Below are positions 29,553-37,859 of a DNA stretch of 49,690 nucleotides, in pieces. A model generated the notes under the pieces. It was not told the DNA's origin. It worked only from the letters and a program-made list of their open reading frames with translations, and did no database searches. This DNA is from Candidatus Zixiibacteriota bacterium (GTDB lineage: Bacteria; Zixibacteria; MSB-5A5; WJJR01), in assembly GCA_036170655.1 (NCBI GenBank), contig JAVHPP010000050.1, positions 1-49,690 of the forward strand. Reading direction: 5' to 3'. Position 1 is the first letter of the stretch. Every line of letters starts with the position of its first letter. A program made the translations under genes and the position numbers.

Positions 29553-29570
29553 ATGCGAAATAATTCACCA
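29553..29570. promoter_or_regulatory. Rex/CRP-type box
   Basis: ATGCGAAATAATTCACCA, upstream of the c/b-fusion operon. Confidence 0.45.
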
Positions 29571-29709
29571 ATTCTGTCACATTCTCTCCCTCTCCGAGAA
29601 TCCAGAGCGGTACCACACATTCAAAGCGGAAAGATTAAAGCGTCACGACACGCCATGATCGGACGTGACGACTGCACGTGACAATCCTGAGGGCAGAGAT
29701 TGAAGCGAC

Positions 29710-30834
29710 TTAGCTGCCGTTCTTGGCGTGGCACTGATCGCAGCCGTCACCCGGGATGGCGGCCGCTGGATCCCAGCGCAAGGCAAACGAATGGCTGTTC
29801 CCGTGCGCCTGATGACAGCTCAAGCAGAACACACCGTTCTTCGCCGGGTCGACAACCATGGCATCGGTGAAGTTCACCGCGCCGTCATTCACAAACCGCA
29901 GGCGCGGTGTGGCTCCGAACCCGACGCCGGCACCGGTGGCCCAGTGTGCTGGATCGGTCGTCCCGCGCACAGCGCCCTGCGCGATGTTATTAGTGGACAG
30001 GCGCTCGCTTTCATAGGAGGGATGGCGGTTGTGCCAGCCGTTGCCATCGGGGTCGGTGTAGTATTCCCCGGTGAACACGTGGTGGCAGTCGACGCACATG
30101 TTCGTGACTTCCCGCAGATTGTCCGTGTTATCGGTACCATAAGCAACATTGGACGCTTCGTAACGCTGGAGTCCCGTCGCAGTGGCCGCTTCCAAAAGGC
30201 CGAACGGAGGCTCGCCACCCGGATACGATGCCCATTGCAGATTACGCGCACGGCCATTGCCATGCGGGTTGTGGCAATCGATGCATGTGACGGAGGCCGT
30301 GGCGAAAGTCCCCCCGAAGTGGCAACGATCGCAAAGAGCCGATCCCTCAATCGACTGCCCACGATCGAGCGAGTGTCCGCGCGGGTTGCGGGTTCCGACG
30401 GCGTCAAAGAACCCGGCGGATCGCTCGGTCAGTCCGTTGACGTCGGCGCCCATCACATCAGGAATTCCTGTCTGGCCGTTGTGACAGGTGAGACACAAAT
30501 CAATCGGGTCTGGGGTCTTTAGGAGTTTCGGTCCGCCCACGAATTGCTGCGGGTATCCGCCAAATGGGTCGGGACTCAGTTCTTCCCCGATCGGGTGTTG
30601 CTTGGACTCGTGCATGACGTGGCAGTCGGAGCAACGGAGCGTGGCCCCACTGTGATACGTGCTTGTGGCGCTGGTGATACCTGATGGTGACTTGGCAGTT
30701 GCTGCGGCGGCATGAATCCGCCGTAGGGTGACGCTCCCCTGCGGGCCGGTGGCGGCCTCAATTGACGAAGAGCCAGAGGAGAGAGTCAAAAATCCACCAA
30801 GAATCACTGTTAGAAGCAAGATCAGTTTGTACAT
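29710..30834 (-). CDS. OmcS-family multiheme cytochrome c paralog with 7 CXXCH
   Basis: Signal peptide, then YH-X6-CSDCHVMH, LL..., LCLTCH, GH, an extra CDRCH, CIDCHNPHG, RNL, CVDCH, RHP, CLSCHQAH and CDQCHAK. Confidence 0.8.
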   Translation of the reverse strand: MYKLILLLTVILGGFLTLSSGSSSIEAATGPQGSVTLRRIHAAAATAKSPSGITSATSTYHSGATLRCSDCHVMHESKQHPIGEELSPDPFGGYPQQFVGGPKLLKTPDPIDLCLTCHNGQTGIPDVMGADVNGLTERSAGFFDAVGTRNPRGHSLDRGQSIEGSALCDRCHFGGTFATASVTCIDCHNPHGNGRARNLQWASYPGGEPPFGLLEAATATGLQRYEASNVAYGTDNTDNLREVTNMCVDCHHVFTGEYYTDPDGNGWHNRHPSYESERLSTNNIAQGAVRGTTDPAHWATGAGVGFGATPRLRFVNDGAVNFTDAMVVDPAKNGVFCLSCHQAHGNSHSFALRWDPAAAIPGDGCDQCHAKNGS

Positions 30835-30935
30835 GTTTCATCTCCGTCGCGGGAAGAAGCAGCGATCTGTTGCTGATGAGAGAGTGATCGTCATGCTCTG
30901 TTCTGCCTCTTGGATCATGGGCGACTTCTGTGGTG

Positions 30936-30969
30936 GAAGGGCGTCCTCGCTGTTGCGGGGGCGCCCTTC
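30936..30969. other. GC-rich hairpin between the two OmcS-family genes
   Basis: GAAGGGCGTCCTCGC-TGTT-GCGGGGGCGCCCTTC. Confidence 0.5.
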
Positions 30970-30999
30970 GCACGTCCTTTGCGAACTCTGTCAGTCCGA

Positions 31000-32037
31000 T
31001 TAGCCTTGGACATGACAGGACTTGCACAGATTACGATACTGAGAGCCGGCTCCCTGCTCGTCGATCGCCACAGTTCCCGCGGAATCTGGGTAGATCAAAC
31101 CATACGCCCGCTGGTTGCCGTGGCCTTTGTGACAGGAGAAGCACGACGGGGTCAGGTCGGCCGGAGCCGCCGCCCACGCCACGCCTTGGGTTCCCCAGTC
31201 CATGCTGGCGCTCATGACCTTGACGCGATACGGATCGCTCTTGAAATGCGTCAGGCTGGAGTGCCCGCCGCCGAGGGCGCCGATATTGGCGTCGGCCGTC
31301 GGGTGACGGAGCCACTCTTCGCCGGCCGCGCCGAGCTGGTTGCGCATATTCGCATCCGCAGACGAGCCGTGGAAGTTGGTGTGACAGGACTTGCAGAACT
31401 CGCCGTAGTACGACTTTGTCTGGTCCGGCTCGTTGAAGTCCACGTTCCCGATGTCGTAGTGATTGCCGCCGGTGGCTGTACGCTCGAACACATCAACGAC
31501 CGACGTGTCGGTGGAAACGGCGTAAGAGATGCTGGCGCCATCGTGGTACAGATTCCGGTAGGGGTTGGAGGCTCTGGCGCCACCGCGACCGTGTGCCGAG
31601 TGACAATCGATACACTCCAAACCATCAGGGTTGGTGAACGCGCCGCCCGGAGCCATTGCGGCCGATCCCAGCGTGTGCCCATCGGCCGGATAGTACGGGC
31701 CGGCGCTGGTCGTGATGTTTAACCCGCCAGCCTGACGGCCAAGCGCCGGCGCTGTTCCGCCGTTCGCTTCCATAACATCAGGAGCGAACGCTGTGTTGTC
31801 ATGACAGGTCAGGCACAGAGCATTGGGTTCGTTGCGCAGTAAAAAATTATACGGCGCCGCGCCGCCGAGGTTGGTGTAAGTTCCACCGCCGTTGGCGTTG
31901 TACCCATGTTGCATTGAGCCGTGCATGACATGGCACTCGGCACAGTTCAATGTGCCCTTGTAGTGATAATCGCCGGCCACCGCGACCGTCGCGGCGACGA
32001 ACGCCAGCGCGGCGACCAGTACTGCAACTTTCCTCAT
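31000..32037 (-). CDS. OmcS-like hexaheme cytochrome c (candidate nanowire subunit)
   Basis: Sec signal ending in AVA and six CXXCH in OmcS-like order: YH-X6-CAECHVMH, LCLTCH, GH...APGG...L.CIDCH.AHG, YRNL, CKSCH.NFH, RHP, CFSCHKGH, LCKSCH at the C-terminus. ATG 32037 follows GGAGG. Confidence 0.85.
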   Translation of the reverse strand: MRKVAVLVAALAFVAATVAVAGDYHYKGTLNCAECHVMHGSMQHGYNANGGGTYTNLGGAAPYNFLLRNEPNALCLTCHDNTAFAPDVMEANGGTAPALGRQAGGLNITTSAGPYYPADGHTLGSAAMAPGGAFTNPDGLECIDCHSAHGRGGARASNPYRNLYHDGASISYAVSTDTSVVDVFERTATGGNHYDIGNVDFNEPDQTKSYYGEFCKSCHTNFHGSSADANMRNQLGAAGEEWLRHPTADANIGALGGGHSSLTHFKSDPYRVKVMSASMDWGTQGVAWAAAPADLTPSCFSCHKGHGNQRAYGLIYPDSAGTVAIDEQGAGSQYRNLCKSCHVQG

Positions 32038-32084
32038 ACAAACCTCCTTGGGTTGATGGTGATGAACGTTAGGTTTCACACCGG

Positions 32085-33098
32085 TCATTTCTCGGTTTCT
32101 GGATCTGCGGCGACGGGTTGCGAACCGGCGCGATCGGCTTTCGCCAAAACACCCGGGAGGACATACTCCTGGACACGGCGTCCCACCCGTTCCGCGACAA
32201 AAATGTTGTCCACGCCATTGCCGCTCAGCGCCGACGGATAGCGCAAGTTTCCGGGTGCCTGTCCGTATCCGCCGATGTAGCCCAAATACTTGCCGTCGGC
32301 GGCGTAGTGCTTGACCGCCTGACGCAGGGCATCAGCCACCCAGAACGTTCCATCCTCAGCGAAGAGCAACGACGCGGGATACGAAAGGTCTGCGCCCGCG
32401 ACCTCATGTCCACCAAAGCTTACAGACAACTGGCCCGTTGGATTGTATATCCGGACTGCCGGAGTGCCCTTGTAGTCGAGCACCGCCACCCGGCCATCGG
32501 GTGCCACTGACATGCCGGTGATGCATTCAATTTTCTCGCTGGCGGCGTCAATGAAGACCTCGCAGGGACCGCCACTGGCAAGACGACGGATGACGCCGGC
32601 GCGATCACCCGCGACACTGGCATAAAGCCATCCGGCGCTGTCGACGCCCAACTTCTCAGGACGGAGTGAGATATCCTGCCATCCCGCACACACGAGGATG
32701 TCGATCTGTTCGAGGACTTCGCCACGGATGTTGAGGACGTCGATGGTCCGCGAAAAGAAATCGGTGATGAAGATCTCGCCCGCGGGAGTGATGGCGATCG
32801 CATTTGGCTCACCGGCGATGCGCTGCTTGGTCTGGGCGTCAGTGATCCAGTGAGTGAAGGAGAAACGAGGGAAGCCGGCGGAGTCGATTACATCGATGGA
32901 GTGCCGGGCGGCATCAAGCACATAAATCTCATGGGAGACAGGGTCAGGGGCCATTCCGGTGATTGATTGGAACCCGGCTGCCCCCACCGGATCGTAATAG
33001 ATGTTATTGACCATCCATGGACTGGTTTGCGCTGCCACGGGCACTGCAAGAGTGAGAGCCAAGAGCAAGGAGCCCGCGATGGCGGTCAACTTGAGCAT
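32085..33098 (-). CDS. Secreted NHL-repeat beta-propeller protein
   Basis: Signal peptide and repeated P..IA...G.IF(I/V).D units, e.g. 'GG.GQAPGNLRYP'. ATG 33098 is preferred over GTG 33143, which lies inside an operator-like box. Confidence 0.88.
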   Translation of the reverse strand: MLKLTAIAGSLLLALTLAVPVAAQTSPWMVNNIYYDPVGAAGFQSITGMAPDPVSHEIYVLDAARHSIDVIDSAGFPRFSFTHWITDAQTKQRIAGEPNAIAITPAGEIFITDFFSRTIDVLNIRGEVLEQIDILVCAGWQDISLRPEKLGVDSAGWLYASVAGDRAGVIRRLASGGPCEVFIDAASEKIECITGMSVAPDGRVAVLDYKGTPAVRIYNPTGQLSVSFGGHEVAGADLSYPASLLFAEDGTFWVADALRQAVKHYAADGKYLGYIGGYGQAPGNLRYPSALSGNGVDNIFVAERVGRRVQEYVLPGVLAKADRAGSQPVAADPETEK

Positions 33099-33127
33099 CT
33101 TCACGAGGCGCCACGGCACCGCTGATA

Positions 33128-33145
33128 TAGTGAAATTAGTCACAT
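33128..33145. promoter_or_regulatory. Rex/CRP-type box
   Basis: TAGTGAAATTAGTCACAT. Confidence 0.55.
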
Positions 33146-33184
33146 GAGTGGCGATGGCATTACGCTCCCGGTTTATTGTTCCCC

Positions 33185-33200
33185 TGCCGTTTCCATGCCA
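33185..33200 (-). promoter_or_regulatory. Sigma54-like promoter for the NHL-omcS-like unit
   Basis: TGGCATG-GAAA-CGGCA with exact GG-N10-GC spacing. An IHF-like TATCAAGTAGTGA lies at 33208-33220. Confidence 0.45.
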
Positions 33201-33214
33201 ACTTTAATATCAAG

Positions 33215-33232
33215 TAGTGATTTTTGTCACAT
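33215..33232. promoter_or_regulatory. Rex/CRP-type box
   Basis: TAGTGATTTTTGTCACAT, with the same arms as the 33128 box. Confidence 0.55.
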
Positions 33233-33402
33233 GTCGCCGTACGTGTGTCATTTTCAGCATCCGGAGTCTGTCTTCCTGTGTCTGCGCTTCAGTCTGAATG
33301 ACTAACCAATACAACGTCTGAGTATAAAACTCTTGGTGGGTTCATCACCCACGTCAACTACAATCCCTAAATTAGGCGAATGCCGAGGAAAGTCAACCAG
33401 AA

Positions 33403-33420
33403 TTGTGAATTCATTCACAC
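33403..33420. promoter_or_regulatory. Rex-consensus box
   Basis: TTGTGAATTCATTCACAC versus Rex TTGTGAA-N4-TTCACAA, one mismatch. Confidence 0.6.
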
Positions 33421-33622
33421 TTTCTGACAACTTCTGTCAAGTGTGAAGCGCAGGTCAGCGGCGAATGTAACCATGAAGATGGCATTTGACCATTCGCGTG
33501 TGCAATCTTTGCAGGTGTGCCGATGTGAACACCGAAAGTGGCCCGGTTCCAAGTCCTGAAGCAGCGGATGCGGCGATCTCACTGAATTGGTTGTATTTGC
33601 TGCCGGTGACATGAGGACAGCA

Positions 33623-34477
33623 TTACTGGTCGTGATGATCGCAGGGCAGATTTTTCAGGAAGGGCGCAATCTTTTGCACAGCATGCCGTGAGACGGCATG
33701 GGCAAGACGGGTGATGTCATGTTCAACGCCCAACCCAAAGAGCCATTCGCCGCTATTGCCGATCGCGTGAAACGTGTCCGACCACACCGTGATCCCAGTC
33801 TTGGCATCCCTGACTTGCATAGCGATGCCCGCCACGGGAACAGGTCCCGCATAAGGGTCTTCGAAGGTCTCGTAGGCGAGGATTGAGCCGAGGATAAAAT
33901 AGTCGGCAGTAAGAGACACAGCGAGCCGGGCTCGCTGGTCCTCGTCCATGAGCATCGGGACACGAATCCGCGCGCGCAGGACCGCTGATTCCACGTCTCC
34001 GGCCGGGACGAGTTCTGTTCTGCCCGACTGTGCCAGTTCGCTCTCCACAAGACGGGCGAAAACGCGCGCCCCCTCCTCCGATCCGGCCAGATTCTCGAAG
34101 GCTAGGACGGCAATGCGTGGTCGCGCGGGCACGACATGGAGAATCTGGGTGCATGTCTGTTTCGTCCCGCATGTGTCAGCAACAATCCACGACCTCGTGA
34201 TTGTGTACTGTCCCTCCATTGTGTTATCCGGTTCGCGTCTGTCCAAAAAGCTCAGCGACACGGGACCGCAGCCACCGGTGGCGACCGGTATCCAGGGACC
34301 GACGGAGTCAGTCAGATGATTGCAGGAGATCGTTGCTTCGGCAGCACACTTGATCGCCAATGTGACTTCGTTTCCATGGGCATTGGCTCGCGCGGGCAAG
34401 AGTAGCGTTGCCGCAATCAAGAGCGGGCCGGCGACGGCGATTGTTCGGGACTGTGCTCCAACCGGCATGCCAGTCAT
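33623..34477 (-). CDS. Exported protein: Cys-containing HYR-like Ig module plus CsgG/TolB-N-like domain
   Basis: Signal peptide (ANA), 'C...ATGGCG...TITRSW..AD.CG...CTQ' and then 'RIAVLAFEN...AD..ILGSI...DAKTG.TVW'. ATGA overlap with the upstream gene. Confidence 0.7.
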   Translation of the reverse strand: MTGMPVGAQSRTIAVAGPLLIAATLLLPARANAHGNEVTLAIKCAAEATISCNHLTDSVGPWIPVATGGCGPVSLSFLDRREPDNTMEGQYTITRSWIVADTCGTKQTCTQILHVVPARPRIAVLAFENLAGSEEGARVFARLVESELAQSGRTELVPAGDVESAVLRARIRVPMLMDEDQRARLAVSLTADYFILGSILAYETFEDPYAGPVPVAGIAMQVRDAKTGITVWSDTFHAIGNSGEWLFGLGVEHDITRLAHAVSRHAVQKIAPFLKNLPCDHHDQ

Positions 34478-35049
34478 CGCAAAGTCTCCAAAGCGCTCCG
34501 GCATAGCTTTGTCGTCAGTTCCGCGAGCGTGTGCGTCTCGCCAAAGGAGAATATGGGCATCTTCGGGCCGCCGCGCTCATCGATGGAAACATCCCAGACA
34601 ATCCGTCCCGTGGGCGCGTCGGCCAGTTGCAGAGAGAATGAGACGAGAGGAAACTCTTCTTGTCCCACACGTTCCATACGGTAATCCCTGACAATCCCCA
34701 GAATGATTCCGTGCGCCCCGGTTTTCTCGCCGATTGCTTTCATCGCGACACTGTCCAGCGCCGCGTCCGCGGAGAGACTCAGTTCCGTTCGCGTCTCCGC
34801 TTCCACCTTGGCCGTTTGTCCCAGAGGGACGATCTCGAATCCTTTGTGTTTCAATAACTCGGTGATGAGAATGCGTTGAACTTTCTGTCCCGCTCGCGGG
34901 TCTTCTGTCAGTGTCTGGAACTGGGCGATGGCGATCCGGCGGTAGAAGCCCATGTCTGCTTCCGGGTTGAGGTATGCGCGCGGCCCGCCGCACCCGAAAA
35001 AGAGTATTGCTGCCAATATGAGCGGGAGATGCTGTCTGTGTAGGGTCAT
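34474..35049 (-). CDS. Lipoprotein with CsgG/TolB-N (GNA1162-like) domain
   Basis: Lipobox LFFGC, 'RIAIAQF', 'IGEKTGAHGIILGIV.DY' and 'L.DAPTGRIVW'. Confidence 0.78.
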   Translation of the reverse strand: MTLHRQHLPLILAAILFFGCGGPRAYLNPEADMGFYRRIAIAQFQTLTEDPRAGQKVQRILITELLKHKGFEIVPLGQTAKVEAETRTELSLSADAALDSVAMKAIGEKTGAHGIILGIVRDYRMERVGQEEFPLVSFSLQLADAPTGRIVWDVSIDERGGPKMPIFSFGETHTLAELTTKLCRSALETLR

Positions 35050-35068
35050 GCCGGTGCTCCGTCGGTTA

Positions 35069-36727
35069 TCAGAACTGCGTCGAAAAACCCAGTCCCCAGC
35101 TTTCATGTCCCAGGCCGGCGACATCGTTCTGGTGATTGTACTGTGCAGTGACCGTCGTGCGTGTGTCCGCCCACCAGAGCAGTTCCGCCACGAAAGTCGA
35201 GGGATTCTTCCCGGTTCCTGGAACCGGCGTCACGTTGGGCGCCGTTTGTATATGGCGTGCCGAGTAGTTCATGCTGATGCTGGCAAACGACGGCCAACGA
35301 TAGGTACCGGTCATGGACCACGTGGCGACCCATTTTGTCATCAGTAGACGATTCCGCCGCAGTCCCCATGAGCCCGCGAGGCTAAAATCGGGTGAAGGCA
35401 AGTACTGGAGGTTGCCGTTGTAGCTCTCCTCCGAAATATGAATGGCGCCGATCTGAGTCGCGGTTAGCGATGCCGAATAACCGGCTTGTGCCTGCGCATT
35501 GGGCAATGGCTCCAAGCGTGCGTACGTATTCATGCTGCCTCCGTAGCGTTCCGTCTGGCGGCCGTGCTGATCGGAGAGACTGAGCTCGCTCGACCAGTCG
35601 GTGTGCCGAAAGGGGCGGCCACGCAGAGTCAGAAGATAGGCGTCGGAATATTGTCTGCCCGTTGGCGCGCCGGTATAAATGATGCGATACACGGTCGCGA
35701 ACGCTCGGATCTGTCTGTACATCCTGCCTTCCGTAGCGAGGCGAGTTTGCCAATAGTCCGTCCGGTTCCCGGGCTGATTCACGCGATCTCCGATCCGTTC
35801 AAAGTACCGCAGAACACCGAAATTGAGCGCCCGCGCCGGTGTAACAGTCACAGATGCCGACGCGAGATGATCAGCAGAGTTGTTCGAGAGAGTGTTGCGT
35901 CGAGGACCAATCGCCAGGAATCGTCCGCTGTACTGGGCGGACCAGTTGACCGCGCTGACCGGCTGCCCTGAGAGATTGGCTGTTGCCGTATGCTGGTCTT
36001 GCGCGCCTGGTGCGACGGAGCGTCTCTGACTCCACGTCCGGTCGAAATTATATCCCAGGTTGACGTGATGGCGCCAGGGGAGAGAGCGCTCGGTTGAGCC
36101 GCCCACCCGATACACTTCGAGGATTTCCGCCGGCGTCTGCTGCTGGGTGCGCATCTGCCGTGAATAGCTCGCCGAGAGAACCGACGCCCTTGGCTGCCAG
36201 CTGAGGCCGTACGAGTCCCAGCGATCACGCGAGCCCCGTCCTTCGGCCAGCGTGTCACGTAGGCGCTGCAGATCATAGGTGAAACGGGGCCATCCTAACG
36301 GTTGGGCAAACACATTTGCGCGCCAGCGGCGACTGGACTGTGCGTTCTGAACAGTTCCCGATTGCTGTCGGATGGGTTCATAGGCCAGTTGTCCGCCGTA
36401 TCCATAGCTGCTTAGCTGCAGAGCGTAGCGTGGACGAAACTCCGGCGGCTGACCGGGTCGGCCGGATCGATAGTCAAAATTGCCGATCAAACTCAACTGG
36501 TTCTTATAGAACAGCCGGTCTATGACACGAAGATAATACTGCTGCAACAAGAGACCTCCGTGGGTTTCGGCGCCAGGAGTCGTCTGGTAATCGACGCGTA
36601 CAGATCCGTTCCAAGTTTGTGCCACGCCGCGTGCGGCGCCCAGCACAAATATGCCAGGTAGGAGTAGGAGTCCCAGGCAAAGAGCAGGGGGCCGGGGAAT
36701 GGGCGGCGGAACGAGCGTGTCAGTCAC
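35069..36727 (-). CDS. Outer-membrane beta-barrel protein (porin / secretion channel candidate)
   Basis: Signal peptide (VAQ), many alternating amphipathic strands rich in Y/W/G/S/R, and C-terminal beta-signal WGLGFSTQF. Start is GTG 36727 (overlapping the upstream stop) or ATG 36748. Confidence 0.78.
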   Translation of the reverse strand: MTDTLVPPPIPRPPALCLGLLLLPGIFVLGAARGVAQTWNGSVRVDYQTTPGAETHGGLLLQQYYLRVIDRLFYKNQLSLIGNFDYRSGRPGQPPEFRPRYALQLSSYGYGGQLAYEPIRQQSGTVQNAQSSRRWRANVFAQPLGWPRFTYDLQRLRDTLAEGRGSRDRWDSYGLSWQPRASVLSASYSRQMRTQQQTPAEILEVYRVGGSTERSLPWRHHVNLGYNFDRTWSQRRSVAPGAQDQHTATANLSGQPVSAVNWSAQYSGRFLAIGPRRNTLSNNSADHLASASVTVTPARALNFGVLRYFERIGDRVNQPGNRTDYWQTRLATEGRMYRQIRAFATVYRIIYTGAPTGRQYSDAYLLTLRGRPFRHTDWSSELSLSDQHGRQTERYGGSMNTYARLEPLPNAQAQAGYSASLTATQIGAIHISEESYNGNLQYLPSPDFSLAGSWGLRRNRLLMTKWVATWSMTGTYRWPSFASISMNYSARHIQTAPNVTPVPGTGKNPSTFVAELLWWADTRTTVTAQYNHQNDVAGLGHESWGLGFSTQF

Positions 36728-37847
36728 CCCCAGATGGGTTGTGAACATTGAACCCCGTCGGAGTGGAATAATCCCGTCCGTGGCAGTCGTAGCAATGCTT
36801 CGTTTCGTAACTGCGGTGCGGATACCGGTTCGGGAGTTTGGGGGCCGTGATTCCTTCCACCGGAATTGATGGGGTCGTTTGATCCGCATAGGCGTGACAC
36901 CCCGTGCAGAATCGGCGCACTTGCGTGGAATCGGATTGGAGGTTCGTCAGTCCATACCATCCCGGCCGCTGATCGGAGATCAAGAACGCGTTGGGATGCT
37001 GACCATCGCTGCCTATGGATCCATGTGCATTGTGGCAGTCGTAGCAGGGGAGGCGGTCGCCATTTTTCACGGCGCCAGAGGTGTGTTCAGTGGCATGTCC
37101 CGCCCGGTCTGATCCGGTCACCGTGCGGCTGTAAAAATCGGCGATGCGGCGTGATTCCGGCGAGAGTGTCCCGGGTCCATTTGGGCCATGACAACTGAAG
37201 CAGAGGTCATATTCGGGTGGTGCCCCATTTGTCGTCGAGCCGCCGATCGGGCCATATTGTTTCTGCAACTGATCGTAGGGCGAGGCGCCGTCGTGGGGAT
37301 CATGGCAGTTCAGGCACGATCCACGCCCGGTCCCGTCGAGTCTGGGCATGTTGGGGCTTCCGTAATGCTTCGAGTAGGTAAGGTTTTCCCAGATGAGCCG
37401 TCCCGGCCAGCGAACGCGATTTCTCGTGCCTGTGAGTTTCTGCCCGCCGGAGTTTGCTTCGAAGTAGCCGTGATAAGTATGGACGGCTGGCAGGCGGTCC
37501 TGCTCCTGTGCCGGATATCCCGATGTGCCGCCGTCGGGACGGTTGATGTGGCATCCCTCGATCCCGTTGGTCGAGTAGCACAGCATATTGTCATTCGGCG
37601 CGAAGAGGTTCTGTACCTGGGGGGATTGATCCGCGTGCATGATGTGGCACTGCTGGCAGTCGCCGCGCGGAACGGCGGCGTCGCGCATCACGCCGCTGGT
37701 CGGCGACCCATGCGCGCCTTCATAGGGAAGATTGGGACTTGCCGCAGGAGCACTCCGCGATGACTGAACGATGACAATTGTGGCTGCGACACCCAGAAAG
37801 ATAGGTGCCAGCCTTTCCACCGTTGGGGCGAAGAGGAATCGTCTCAT
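36720..37847 (-). CDS. Secreted multiheme cytochrome c (6 CXXCH + 1 CX8CH)
   Basis: CQQCH, CYSTNGIEGCH, CLNCH, CFSCH, CYDCH, CTGCH and CYDCH, after an N-terminal hydrophobic signal. Confidence 0.88.
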   Translation of the reverse strand: MRRFLFAPTVERLAPIFLGVAATIVIVQSSRSAPAASPNLPYEGAHGSPTSGVMRDAAVPRGDCQQCHIMHADQSPQVQNLFAPNDNMLCYSTNGIEGCHINRPDGGTSGYPAQEQDRLPAVHTYHGYFEANSGGQKLTGTRNRVRWPGRLIWENLTYSKHYGSPNMPRLDGTGRGSCLNCHDPHDGASPYDQLQKQYGPIGGSTTNGAPPEYDLCFSCHGPNGPGTLSPESRRIADFYSRTVTGSDRAGHATEHTSGAVKNGDRLPCYDCHNAHGSIGSDGQHPNAFLISDQRPGWYGLTNLQSDSTQVRRFCTGCHAYADQTTPSIPVEGITAPKLPNRYPHRSYETKHCYDCHGRDYSTPTGFNVHNPSGGD

Positions 37848-37859
37848 GTTGTGGCCTGC

